A stretch of 64,000 bases of DNA, taken from assembly GCF_947497125.1 (NCBI RefSeq), contig NZ_CANMFI010000002.1, positions 162,748 to 226,747 on the forward strand. The letters are read 5' to 3'. This document shows positions 10,101 to 18,673 of this stretch, in pieces. This DNA comes from an uncultured Polaribacter sp. Lineage in GTDB: Bacteria > Bacteroidota > Bacteroidia > Flavobacteriales > Flavobacteriaceae. A program made the translations under genes and the position numbers. Below the pieces are notes generated by a model. It ran no database searches, was not told the origin of the DNA, and saw only the letters and a program-made list of their open reading frames with translations. Each line of letters opens with the position of its first letter. Position 1 is the first letter of the stretch.

Positions 10101-10805
10101 TTACACACTAATTATATCTTGCTCTTGTAGTAGCTCTTGGTTATTAAATTTTAATAAAACTTGTGCTACTGCAATAGTATCTTTTTCACAATAAGAAACT
10201 ATTCTTTTGATGTTTTTTTCTTGGTAATAGACTTTTGCAACCTCGCTACCATCTATATCATCTTTAGGAGAAGGAATGCCTAAGATTGACGTAAGTAATT
10301 TTAAGGAAGTATAATGCTTGTAATCTCCAAATTTCCAAAGCTCTAAAGTATCTAAATGGGGAACTTCCCAAGGTTTTTTGCCAAATAAATTTAACTTATC
10401 TGGTAGTTGCACACCTTGTAAAATCATTCTTCTTGCAATAAAAGGGAAGTCGAATTCTTTACCATTATGCGCACAAAGAACATGAGCAGGTTTTGAAAAA
10501 TGTTTTTCTAAAATAAGTTTAAAATCTACTAATAGTTTCTTTTCATCATCACCATAAAAAGAAGTTACTCTAAACTGAGTTTCTACAAAATACCCTACAG
10601 AAATGCATACTATTTTTCCAAACTCTGCCCAAATACCAGCACGTTCATAAAAATCTTCTGGTGTAATAGCCTCTTTGCGCTGATAGTTTGTTTTATTAGC
10701 AAAAAGTTCTTGTTTATCGTGTGATAAACCCGACCAGTTTTCAAATTCTGGAACAGTTTCTATATCTAAAAAGAGAATATTTTTAAACTTTATTTTAAGG
10801 TTCAT
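10101..10805 (-). CDS. DEDDy-type 3'-5' exonuclease (PolB-exo/RNase H-like fold)
   Basis: Exo motifs occur in order: FLDIETVP (ExoI), CAHNGKEFDFPF (ExoII), YCEKDT (ExoIII). Confidence 0.75.
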   Translation of the reverse strand: MNLKIKFKNILFLDIETVPEFENWSGLSHDKQELFANKTNYQRKEAITPEDFYERAGIWAEFGKIVCISVGYFVETQFRVTSFYGDDEKKLLVDFKLILEKHFSKPAHVLCAHNGKEFDFPFIARRMILQGVQLPDKLNLFGKKPWEVPHLDTLELWKFGDYKHYTSLKLLTSILGIPSPKDDIDGSEVAKVYYQEKNIKRIVSYCEKDTIAVAQVLLKFNNQELLQEQDIISV

Positions 10806-12577
10806 TACTTTTTTTCTTTTGCTAAAACATAAAAGGTTGTACCAAGAATTTTAGGTTTCTCATAGAAACTATCTTTTTTTAACTGAAATCTTAAGTTGGT
10901 AAAGATAATTTTTACATTTATGCCTTCGAACTCTCTAATAAGAGTCATTTCATTTAACTCTTTTTGATTGTTATTGTTTTTTGATAAATCATTTATAAAA
11001 CTTTCTAAATCGATAGAATAAACCTCAATTTTCTCATCTTTAAAAATATTTAGAACAGTACTTATATCATCAATTGAGAAATTGTAATTTCCTATTTTAT
11101 CATTTTCTTTGTTTCTCTTATTAAAAAACAATCTTTTAAGAGAATCATACCCTTTTACATCGATAGTTTTTCCATCAAAATTAAAATTATAACTCTTATA
11201 CTTTGATAATGGTAATTTATCGTCATTATTTTGAACTTCAATTTGAAAAGTATCTATGATTTTTTGAGACATGCCCCAAGACGATTTGTCCTTTTTAAAA
11301 GCAGTTATAGGATTAAAACCTATAATTGGCGCTACTTTTTCTAAGTGATTTCTTGTATATAAATACTTCGTAATATCTCTAAATTGATTTTTTTCGTGAA
11401 GTGCTACTTTAAATTCTTTTTCTTTAATAATATCAAAAGAGGTTTTAAAACGATTTAATTGACTTTTATTAGACACAGAAAACATTCCCCAAAATCCGAC
11501 AGAAATTATCAAAAACAAAGAAATTAAACCCAACGGTAAAAAACGAATTTCCTTGCGTTTACTAATTAACATATATAGGGTTGTCGCTAAAATCCATAAA
11601 GAGAGGCAAAGCACTAAATATCTTTTTTCAGTAAAACCATATTCAGAAATTCTTCTAAAAATACCGATAAACAAAAGCACTATTAAAGGCAACAAAAAAT
11701 AATAAAACCATGGAGAAAAATTATTTATTAACCTTGATTTTATGGTTTTCTGAACAGGATTAATTAATGTTTGAACAATAAAACCAATAAATGAAAGTGC
11801 AATTACTAGATAAGAAACCCAGCCTCTTGGAAGATTCCATTGCACAATAATTTTTAAAGAATATGCATATAAAATAACTAAATAAAGAATAATTAGAGGA
11901 ATTAAAATAGATTTTACGAGTACCTCTAAAGGCTTTGAGAAATTTACTTTTGTGTCTGTATAAATATTTTTAGGGAAGTCTGATAAGTAAATCCAAGTAT
12001 TTATAATCCCTAAACAAAATACAAACAATTGTAAATAGCGTTCGCTTTTTATCCTATAATCAAACAAATTTTCTACTGCCAAAAGAGCTAGAGCAATACC
12101 TGCGTAAATTATAATTGTAAAAAAACCACTTCTAAATATAGCAATGGCAATATTTTTTACATAATTAAAAAAACTATTCTTGTGCCAACGAAAAATAAAT
12201 GGAGCTACAATAACAAAAATATGACCAATAACAATGTAAAGCCAAAATCTAATTTTAGAGCTATGGGCTAAATTTGTAATGTTCTGTTCTATTAAACTGT
12301 AATTAAAAAGTAATAACAGTAAAATGATAATAATGGAAATCCATTTTCTGTCTTTTTTAAATTGTTCTTCAAAAAAACGGGAGCTAATTAGCCAACTAAC
12401 ACCTAATGTAAAAGTCATTATTAACTTTTGATAGATAAGAATATTGAATAATTTTTTTTCGATAATAGCTATTGTAAAAATAGTTCCAATAATTACCCAA
12501 GTTAGTACTAATGGAAATCTTTTTAAAGACAATATTGCTTTGGATTTTATTTCTCCTAAGGTTGGTATGATTTTCAA
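10805..12577 (-). CDS. large polytopic membrane protein (DUF4153-like) with soluble C-terminal domain
   Basis: 590 aa with about a dozen hydrophobic helices over the first ~370 aa, then a hydrophilic domain of ~220 aa. Its stop overlaps the exonuclease start (TAATG). The family name is from memory only. Confidence 0.5.
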   Translation of the reverse strand: MKIIPTLGEIKSKAILSLKRFPLVLTWVIIGTIFTIAIIEKKLFNILIYQKLIMTFTLGVSWLISSRFFEEQFKKDRKWISIIIILLLLLFNYSLIEQNITNLAHSSKIRFWLYIVIGHIFVIVAPFIFRWHKNSFFNYVKNIAIAIFRSGFFTIIIYAGIALALLAVENLFDYRIKSERYLQLFVFCLGIINTWIYLSDFPKNIYTDTKVNFSKPLEVLVKSILIPLIILYLVILYAYSLKIIVQWNLPRGWVSYLVIALSFIGFIVQTLINPVQKTIKSRLINNFSPWFYYFLLPLIVLLFIGIFRRISEYGFTEKRYLVLCLSLWILATTLYMLISKRKEIRFLPLGLISLFLIISVGFWGMFSVSNKSQLNRFKTSFDIIKEKEFKVALHEKNQFRDITKYLYTRNHLEKVAPIIGFNPITAFKKDKSSWGMSQKIIDTFQIEVQNNDDKLPLSKYKSYNFNFDGKTIDVKGYDSLKRLFFNKRNKENDKIGNYNFSIDDISTVLNIFKDEKIEVYSIDLESFINDLSKNNNNQKELNEMTLIREFEGINVKIIFTNLRFQLKKDSFYEKPKILGTTFYVLAKEKK

Positions 12578-12603
12578 GGCTTTATTTTTTTATTTTAAAG
12601 ATA

Positions 12604-12632
12604 CAAAAAAAGCTCCAAAATTTTGGAGCTTT
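12604..12632 (-). terminator. intrinsic terminator after the T9SS-cargo gene
   Basis: Perfect palindrome AGCTCCAAAATTTTGGAGCT (12611..12630), followed on the minus strand by a T-run (A-run 12604..12610 on plus). Confidence 0.7.
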
Positions 12633-12656
12633 ATATTAAAATTAAAAAGAGTAAAC

Positions 12657-13454
12657 TTATTTTACAACTAATTTTTTAGAAGCCTGTTTGCCGTCTTCTA
12701 GTACTCTTAACATGTAAATACCACTGTGTATTGAGGATACATCTATGGTAGCTTTTTCTCCGTAAAAACTAGTTTTTAAAACTTTTTTTCCTAATAAATT
12801 ATAAATAACAACTTCTTTTTTAGTAGTAGAATTACTTGAAATTGTTAATTGATTCTTTGTTACCGGGTTAGGGTAAGATTTAAAACCTATGATATTATTT
12901 CTAGTATCAACAGAAGCAGTTGTATTTTTTACAAAAGATAAATCATCCCAATAAACAGTTGCTCCACTATAGGTTCTTAACTCAAAATAAAACCCTACAG
13001 CATTTGTAGGCGCTATTACTGTAACTTCGTACTTTGTCCAAGCACCACCGTTATTGTCAAAATAACTATTATTTGGTCCTCTAATCAAATCATCTGTGGC
13101 ATCGTCTGAAATACTACCATTTGAACTATCTTTCCAATAAGACCAAATACGAATATCTGAACCATCTGCTTCAACAGCAACTTTATACCAAACTGTTATG
13201 GTGTAACTATCACCAGCAATAATACCACTAATCGTTTGGCCCAAATCTTTTGTACCACCAACATGTTTTGCAGAAAAAGAGCCTCCATGTTTTTCTGTTG
13301 CTTCCTTTGAGGTATTTTCTACCTTTGTCCAACTTGTCGGAGAGTTATCATCATCCCAATTCTCAAAATCTCCGTTTAAAAGCATCTCTTGTCCAGAAGA
13401 CGAAATACCAAAACAAAATAGCACCAATAATGTAATAACGTAATTTTTTTTCAT
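12657..13454 (-). CDS. secreted protein with CBM-like beta-sandwich and T9SS type A C-terminal sorting domain
   Basis: Signal peptide, an NGDFENW... carbohydrate-binding-module-like N-terminal region, and a Por-secretion tail (SYPNPVTKNQLTI...IYNLLGKKV...SGIYMLRV). Confidence 0.8.
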   Translation of the reverse strand: MKKNYVITLLVLFCFGISSSGQEMLLNGDFENWDDDNSPTSWTKVENTSKEATEKHGGSFSAKHVGGTKDLGQTISGIIAGDSYTITVWYKVAVEADGSDIRIWSYWKDSSNGSISDDATDDLIRGPNNSYFDNNGGAWTKYEVTVIAPTNAVGFYFELRTYSGATVYWDDLSFVKNTTASVDTRNNIIGFKSYPNPVTKNQLTISSNSTTKKEVVIYNLLGKKVLKTSFYGEKATIDVSSIHSGIYMLRVLEDGKQASKKLVVK

Positions 13455-13660
13455 AGCATTTGATTTAAAATTCGTCTTAACATAAGGTTTTATTTTTAGG
13501 TTTTAGTATTAATTAACTAGTAATCAATAATTAAAAATACAACATAAGCTTATAGTTAACTAAACGTTAAGTAACTGTGTCTAAAAATTAAATGATTGTT
13601 AAGTGAAGTGTTTGTTATAGAATAATCATTATTTTTGAATTAAACTTTGTAGATTACATT

Positions 13661-14359
13661 ATGAATAAAAGCGATATTAAAATTTTATTAGTAGATGATG
13701 AACCAGACATCTTAGAAATTATTGGCTACAATCTTAAAAACGAAGGATACCAAGTTTTTACTGCCAATAACGGACAAGAAGCTATTAAATCTGCTAAAAA
13801 AAATACTCCCCATTTAATTCTGTTAGACATCATGATGCCTGAAATGGACGGTATTGAAGCCTGTGAAAAGATTAGAAAAATAAGCACTCTAGAAAATGTA
13901 ATTATTTCATTTTTAACGGCAAGAGGCGAAGATTATTCGCAAGTTGCAGGTTTTGAAGCCGGTGCAGATGATTATATTACAAAGCCTATAAAACCGAAAG
14001 TATTAGTAAGCAAAATAAAATCGCTTTTAAGAAGGTTAAAATCTGAAGAACAGCATGAAGAAGCCTTTAAAATTGGAGATATAGTAATTGACAGAGAAGA
14101 ATATGTAGTGTACAAAGCAGGTGTTAAAATTTCTTTACCTAGAAAAGAATTCGAACTTTTTTCTTTACTAACTTCTAAACCTGGTAAAGTTTTTAAAAGA
14201 GAAGTAATTTTAGATACTGTTTGGGGAAATGAAGTAGTTGTAGGCGGCAGAACTATAGATGTACACATACGAAAGTTACGAGAAAAAATTGGAGATCATC
14301 ATTTTAAAACAGTAAAAGGTGTAGGTTACAAGTTTATAATTGAAGAAACAGACAAGTAA
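13661..14359 (+). CDS. OmpR/PhoB-family response regulator
   Basis: Receiver domain (ILLVDDEPDI, LILLDIMMPEMDG, TKPIK) plus a winged-helix output domain (REVILDTVWG...IDVHIRKLREKI...TVKGVGYKF). Confidence 0.9.
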   Translation: MNKSDIKILLVDDEPDILEIIGYNLKNEGYQVFTANNGQEAIKSAKKNTPHLILLDIMMPEMDGIEACEKIRKISTLENVIISFLTARGEDYSQVAGFEAGADDYITKPIKPKVLVSKIKSLLRRLKSEEQHEEAFKIGDIVIDREEYVVYKAGVKISLPRKEFELFSLLTSKPGKVFKREVILDTVWGNEVVVGGRTIDVHIRKLREKIGDHHFKTVKGVGYKFIIEETDK

Positions 14360-14370
14360 CAAAGCCCTTT

Positions 14371-15411
14371 ATGAAGTTAAAAAAAACATATTCTTACGCA
14401 CTTTGGTCTGCAATCTACCTAACACTATTATCTGTTTTAATAGCAACAATTGCATACTTTTTTATTATTGAACACTTAGGAGTTAGCACTGTAATAATTT
14501 CTATTATTGTACTTTTTTTAATTTCCTTTTTTATCATACAATACAGGGCAGAACACTTTATTTACAGAAGATTAAAAAAAATATACGAAGAAGTTTCTAT
14601 CTTAAATGTAGAGGATCTAAAAAAAGATTCTGTTACCACAGATATTGACAAACTTTCTAAAAGAATGCAAAAGTTTGTAGAAGGTAAACGATTAGAAATT
14701 AAAAGTTTAACCGAAAGAGATTCTTTTAGAAGAGATTTTTTAGGAAATCTTGCTCATGAATTAAAAACACCTTTATTTACAGTACAAGGCTATATTTTAA
14801 CTCTTTTAGAAGGTGCTGTAGATGATAAAAACATTAGACTAAAATACCTAGACAGAGCAAACAAAGGGGTTGAAAGGTTAGTTGCCGTAACCAAAGATTT
14901 AGACATGATTGCCAAATTAGAAACCGATGGCTTAAAACTAAATAAAGAGGTGTTTAATATTTTAGAAATCGTGCAAAATGTATTTGATTTGCTAGAAATG
15001 AAGGCAAAAAAAAGAAACATTACGCTAAAATTTGATAGAGTACATGAGTTTCCATTTTTTGTAAAAGGAGATATTGAAAAGATAGAACAGGTGCTTATAA
15101 ATTTGGTTGTAAACTCTATAAAATATGGCAAACCAAACGGAACTACAATTGTATCTGTAGACAACTACAACGAAAATAAATTTATAATTCGTGTTATTGA
15201 TAACGGAGAAGGAATAAAACAACAACATTTACCTCGTTTGTTCGAACGGTTTTATAGAGTAGACCAAAGTAGGTCTAGAGAGCAAGGTGGCTCTGGACTT
15301 GGTTTATCTATTGTAAAACATATTGTAGAGGCACACAACCAAAATGTTCTTTTAAAAAGTGTTTTTAATGAAGGTTCAGAATTTTCATTTACCATGAAAA
15401 AGGCCAAATAA
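14371..15411 (+). CDS. sensor histidine kinase
   Basis: Two N-terminal TM helices with almost no periplasmic loop, an H-box (LAHELKTPL), and N and G boxes (NLVVNSIKY, DNGEGI, GGSGLGLSI). Confidence 0.9.
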   Translation: MKLKKTYSYALWSAIYLTLLSVLIATIAYFFIIEHLGVSTVIISIIVLFLISFFIIQYRAEHFIYRRLKKIYEEVSILNVEDLKKDSVTTDIDKLSKRMQKFVEGKRLEIKSLTERDSFRRDFLGNLAHELKTPLFTVQGYILTLLEGAVDDKNIRLKYLDRANKGVERLVAVTKDLDMIAKLETDGLKLNKEVFNILEIVQNVFDLLEMKAKKRNITLKFDRVHEFPFFVKGDIEKIEQVLINLVVNSIKYGKPNGTTIVSVDNYNENKFIIRVIDNGEGIKQQHLPRLFERFYRVDQSRSREQGGSGLGLSIVKHIVEAHNQNVLLKSVFNEGSEFSFTMKKAK

Positions 15412-16434
15412 AACGCTATCTAAAGTATGTGATTGTGCGCTTAGGCCTTTGTATGCTGCTATTTGATCTAGCTTTTCTGCGGTAAAATCTATAAGATTAC
15501 TAAATGGAGCTGTCTTATTTTTGTATAGGTAAGTCGCCAAATATTCTTGCTCTTCTTGGTTTTTTGTTGGTATAAAAAATACTTTTTTTTCTAGAACTGC
15601 CAAATCCATTATTGAGGTATAACCCGATCTACACACCACTACTTTACTTGAATTGATAAAACTTTCTAGCTCTGCTGATAACACATAATTGTAAAACGTA
15701 CAATTGTTTTCTTTCCATTTTTTCTGATGTTTTTCTACTATACCCAACACAAAAACTATGTTTCTTGTATCGTTTTTAAACTCTGAAATTAATTTTTTCT
15801 CAAAATTTGTTCTACTGGGTTCTGGTCCAGAAATAATAACCAAAACATCAATAACTTCTGGTAATTCTTGTTTTGTAAATCTACTTAAAACTCCTATAAA
15901 TTTTTGATTTAATGGTTGATTAGATATGGATAATTTTCCAGAAAATTCTGAATTTAATTGATCTGGCACCCAACATTCATCGAATTTTTTAATAATGATC
16001 TGATGAATTTTACTGGTTAACATAGAGGTGAATCCGCTTAAAACATTTAATTGATGCGTTATATAAACAGAAGGTATTGTATTATTTCTAACGCCAAATC
16101 TATTATCTGAAATAAGACCAACTACGTCTTTATTAGCTGCTAGAAAGTGTTTGATAACTGCGTGTTCTTGCTGAACTGCTTTTATAATTTTTGGCAATTG
16201 TAACAGCAAACTTAGTTTTAAGTTTTTACCATATGTAATATTATAAGAAGGTAATAAAATAGTTTCTAGCGTTGGAAATTCTTGTTTTAAAAATTCTAAC
16301 GCATTACCGTCTGAAGCTATTATTGGTGTAAATTTCTCTGAAATTAATGCATTGATAATCGGGATGCATCTTGTAGCATGACCAAGCCCCCAATTTAAAG
16401 GTGCGATAATTATTTTTTTGGAGGTAGTTGTCAT
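15385..16434 (-). CDS. GT-B glycosyltransferase (MurG/GT28-like)
   Basis: 349 aa with N-terminal APLNWGLGHATRCIPIINAL and a C-terminal CRSGYTSIMD nucleotide-sugar-binding-like motif. Its 3' end overlaps the convergent kinase gene by 27 nt. Confidence 0.7.
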   Translation of the reverse strand: MTTTSKKIIIAPLNWGLGHATRCIPIINALISEKFTPIIASDGNALEFLKQEFPTLETILLPSYNITYGKNLKLSLLLQLPKIIKAVQQEHAVIKHFLAANKDVVGLISDNRFGVRNNTIPSVYITHQLNVLSGFTSMLTSKIHQIIIKKFDECWVPDQLNSEFSGKLSISNQPLNQKFIGVLSRFTKQELPEVIDVLVIISGPEPSRTNFEKKLISEFKNDTRNIVFVLGIVEKHQKKWKENNCTFYNYVLSAELESFINSSKVVVCRSGYTSIMDLAVLEKKVFFIPTKNQEEQEYLATYLYKNKTAPFSNLIDFTAEKLDQIAAYKGLSAQSHTLDSVLFGLFHGK

Positions 16435-16508
16435 TTTTCAGGTTGATTATTAGCTACCAAGTTTATACATAATAAATTAAATATTAAGACACTCAATTTG
16501 CTTGCAAG

Positions 16509-16589
16509 CAAGTGCGTTAAGGATTGAAATGACATCCTTTTTTTTGTAAAAAAAAGATAAAATGGAAAGCCTGTTAAAACGCCCAAATA
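16509..16589 (+). repeat. intergenic element copy 1 (short form) related to 38342..38500
   Basis: CAAGTGCGTTAAGGAT-N9-ATCC+T8, then the 20-mer AGCCTGTTAAAACGCCCAAA (16568..16587), which is identical to the reverse complement of 38344..38363. It is immediately preceded by the perfect 14-bp palindrome TTGCTTGCAAGCAA (16498..16511). Confidence 0.75.
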
Positions 16590-16595
16590 AAAATA

Positions 16596-17870
16596 TTAAA
16601 CTAAATCGAAACCGATATCTTTTCTGTAATTCATTTTATCGAAAGAAATTTTATCGATAGAATTGTACGATTTTTTTAGTGCTTCTTCAATAGTATCTCC
16701 AAAAGAAGTTACCGCCATTACTCTACCTCCGATAGACAAAACCTTGTTATCTTTAAGAATTGTACCTGCATGATACACAGTAGATTGCGTAATATTTTCT
16801 AGCCCGTTAATTTCTTTATTTTTAGCGTATGCCTCCGGATATCCGCCCGAAACCAACATGACAGTAGTTGCCGTTTTTGGGGTTACTGAAAATGATTTTG
16901 TATCTAAATTTTGATGTGCAACACCCTCAAACAAATCGAATAAATCACTTTCTATTCTTGGCAAAACCACCTCTGTTTCTGGGTCTCCCATTCTAACATT
17001 GTACTCTACAACAGACGGATTTCCGTTATCATTCATTAAACCAATAAAGATAAAACCTCTATAATCAATTCCGTCTTTTTGCAAACCTTTAATAGTAGGT
17101 TTTACAACCAATTCTTCTACTTTATCTAAGAAAGCTTGGTCTGCAAAAGGTACCGGAGAAATGGCACCCATTCCGCCTGTATTTAAACCTTTATCTCCTT
17201 CGCCAATTCTTTTGTAATCTTTAGCAGAAGGTAAAATTTTGTAGTTTTTACCATCTGTTAACACAAAAACAGACAATTCTATTCCCTTTAAAAATTCTTC
17301 GATTACAACGGTTGTAGACGCTTCTCCGAACTTTTTATTAGTAACCATTTCTTCTAATTCTGCTTTTGCTTCTTGCAAAGAATCTAAAATTAAGACTCCT
17401 TTTCCTGCAGCCAAACCATCTGCTTTTAGAACAAAGGGAGGTTGTAAAGTTTCTAAAAAAGCAAAACCGTCTTGTAAGTTATCTTTGGTAAAAGATTGGT
17501 AACGTGCAGTTGGCACACCGTGTTTTTGCATAAATTGTTTCGAAAAATCTTTAGACCCTTCTAACAAAGCTCCGTCTTTTTTAGGCCCGATTACTGGAAT
17601 GTCTTTCAACTCATTATCTGCTAAAAAGAAATCGTGAACCCCATTTACCAAAGGTGCTTCTGGCCCCACAACCACCATTTGTATGTTGTTTGTTAAAACT
17701 GTGTTTTTTACAGCTGTAAAGTCTGTTGGGTCTAAATCTATATTGGTAGCAATTTTGTCTGTACCAGCATTACCAGGTGCTACAAAAAGCTGAGTTACTT
17801 TTTTACTTTCAGATAATTTTAATGCAAAAGCGTGTTCTCTACCTCCAGAACCTAAAATAAGAATGTTCAT
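16596..17870 (-). CDS. purD: phosphoribosylamine-glycine ligase
   Basis: 424 aa with the GARS ATP-grasp pattern (MNILILGSGGREHAF, VVGPEAPL, LKADGLAAGKGV, NVRMGDPE). Confidence 0.95.
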   Translation of the reverse strand: MNILILGSGGREHAFALKLSESKKVTQLFVAPGNAGTDKIATNIDLDPTDFTAVKNTVLTNNIQMVVVGPEAPLVNGVHDFFLADNELKDIPVIGPKKDGALLEGSKDFSKQFMQKHGVPTARYQSFTKDNLQDGFAFLETLQPPFVLKADGLAAGKGVLILDSLQEAKAELEEMVTNKKFGEASTTVVIEEFLKGIELSVFVLTDGKNYKILPSAKDYKRIGEGDKGLNTGGMGAISPVPFADQAFLDKVEELVVKPTIKGLQKDGIDYRGFIFIGLMNDNGNPSVVEYNVRMGDPETEVVLPRIESDLFDLFEGVAHQNLDTKSFSVTPKTATTVMLVSGGYPEAYAKNKEINGLENITQSTVYHAGTILKDNKVLSIGGRVMAVTSFGDTIEEALKKSYNSIDKISFDKMNYRKDIGFDLV

Positions 17871-17920
17871 TTGTGTTGTTTTGTTGTGTTTGCAAATATA
17901 TTTTATAATTAGTTACCATA

Positions 17921-18673
17921 CTAAAAACCCCACTTTAAAAAATATTTTATTGCTGAAGCTGCATGTGTAAAAAATAATTTAATGCTTTTTGAAGAGCCTT
18001 GTTGATGTTGGTGAATGACTGTTTCTGTTGGGTAATACAAGATTTTTTTTCCTGATTTTTCTACTTTTCTACAAATATCTGCATCTTCCATGTAAAGAAA
18101 GTAACGCTCATCAAAACCCTGTAATTGTTTAAATTCTTTGGTTTTAAAAAACATAAAACAACCCTGAATAAAATCTGGAAAGAACTCTTTTTCTAAATCT
18201 TTATCTTGATATTCATTTTTTTTAATTTGATTTTTAGAAAACTTAACTTTTCTATTTAATAAATCTAAGAAAGTTGGGTGTTTTCTAGAAACATATTGTA
18301 ATTGCTTATTTTGATACGTAACTTTAGGCGTTATAAAAGCAATGTCTAAAGAGGAATTAAATTTTTGTATTAAGGCCGGTATTACATTGGCATTAAAACT
18401 AACATCTGGATTTAAAATTAAATGATAGTGAGAATTAATTTTATTTAAAACAAGATTATGAGCCTTCCCAAAACCAATATTATTACCCACAAAAATATAT
18501 TCTATTTCAGAGTGAATAAATGAATTTTTTAAATCTTGGTTTGGAGAATTATCAATTAAAAAGAGTTTTTTTGAGATAGGTGTATTTAAAAATGAATCAA
18601 TTGTTTTTTTAAGGGGTGCATAGTCTTCTCTATACAAAACAATTGTGGCAGTAACTTTAACTGTATTATTCAT
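17921..18673 (-). CDS. glycosyltransferase family 2
   Basis: 250 aa GT-A protein: ATIVLYRED..., FLIDNSP, and a DxD-like YMEDADI. Confidence 0.8.
   Translation of the reverse strand: MNNTVKVTATIVLYREDYAPLKKTIDSFLNTPISKKLFLIDNSPNQDLKNSFIHSEIEYIFVGNNIGFGKAHNLVLNKINSHYHLILNPDVSFNANVIPALIQKFNSSLDIAFITPKVTYQNKQLQYVSRKHPTFLDLLNRKVKFSKNQIKKNEYQDKDLEKEFFPDFIQGCFMFFKTKEFKQLQGFDERYFLYMEDADICRKVEKSGKKILYYPTETVIHQHQQGSSKSIKLFFTHAASAIKYFLKWGF

Noticed and set aside
15385-15411. The 27-nt convergent overlap between the histidine kinase and the glycosyltransferase as a regulatory antisense arrangement.
   Set aside because: Short convergent 3' overlaps are common in compact genomes, and no additional structure or motif supports a special role.
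16562-16660. Possible conserved peptide encoded by the shared 20-mer. In copy 1 an ATG-initiated 32-codon ORF reads MESLLKRPNK...
   Set aside because: In copy 2 the same frame (..SLLKRPK*) has no start codon and stops immediately. In copy 1 the ORF runs antisense into purD. The conservation is therefore at the nucleotide level, not the peptide level.
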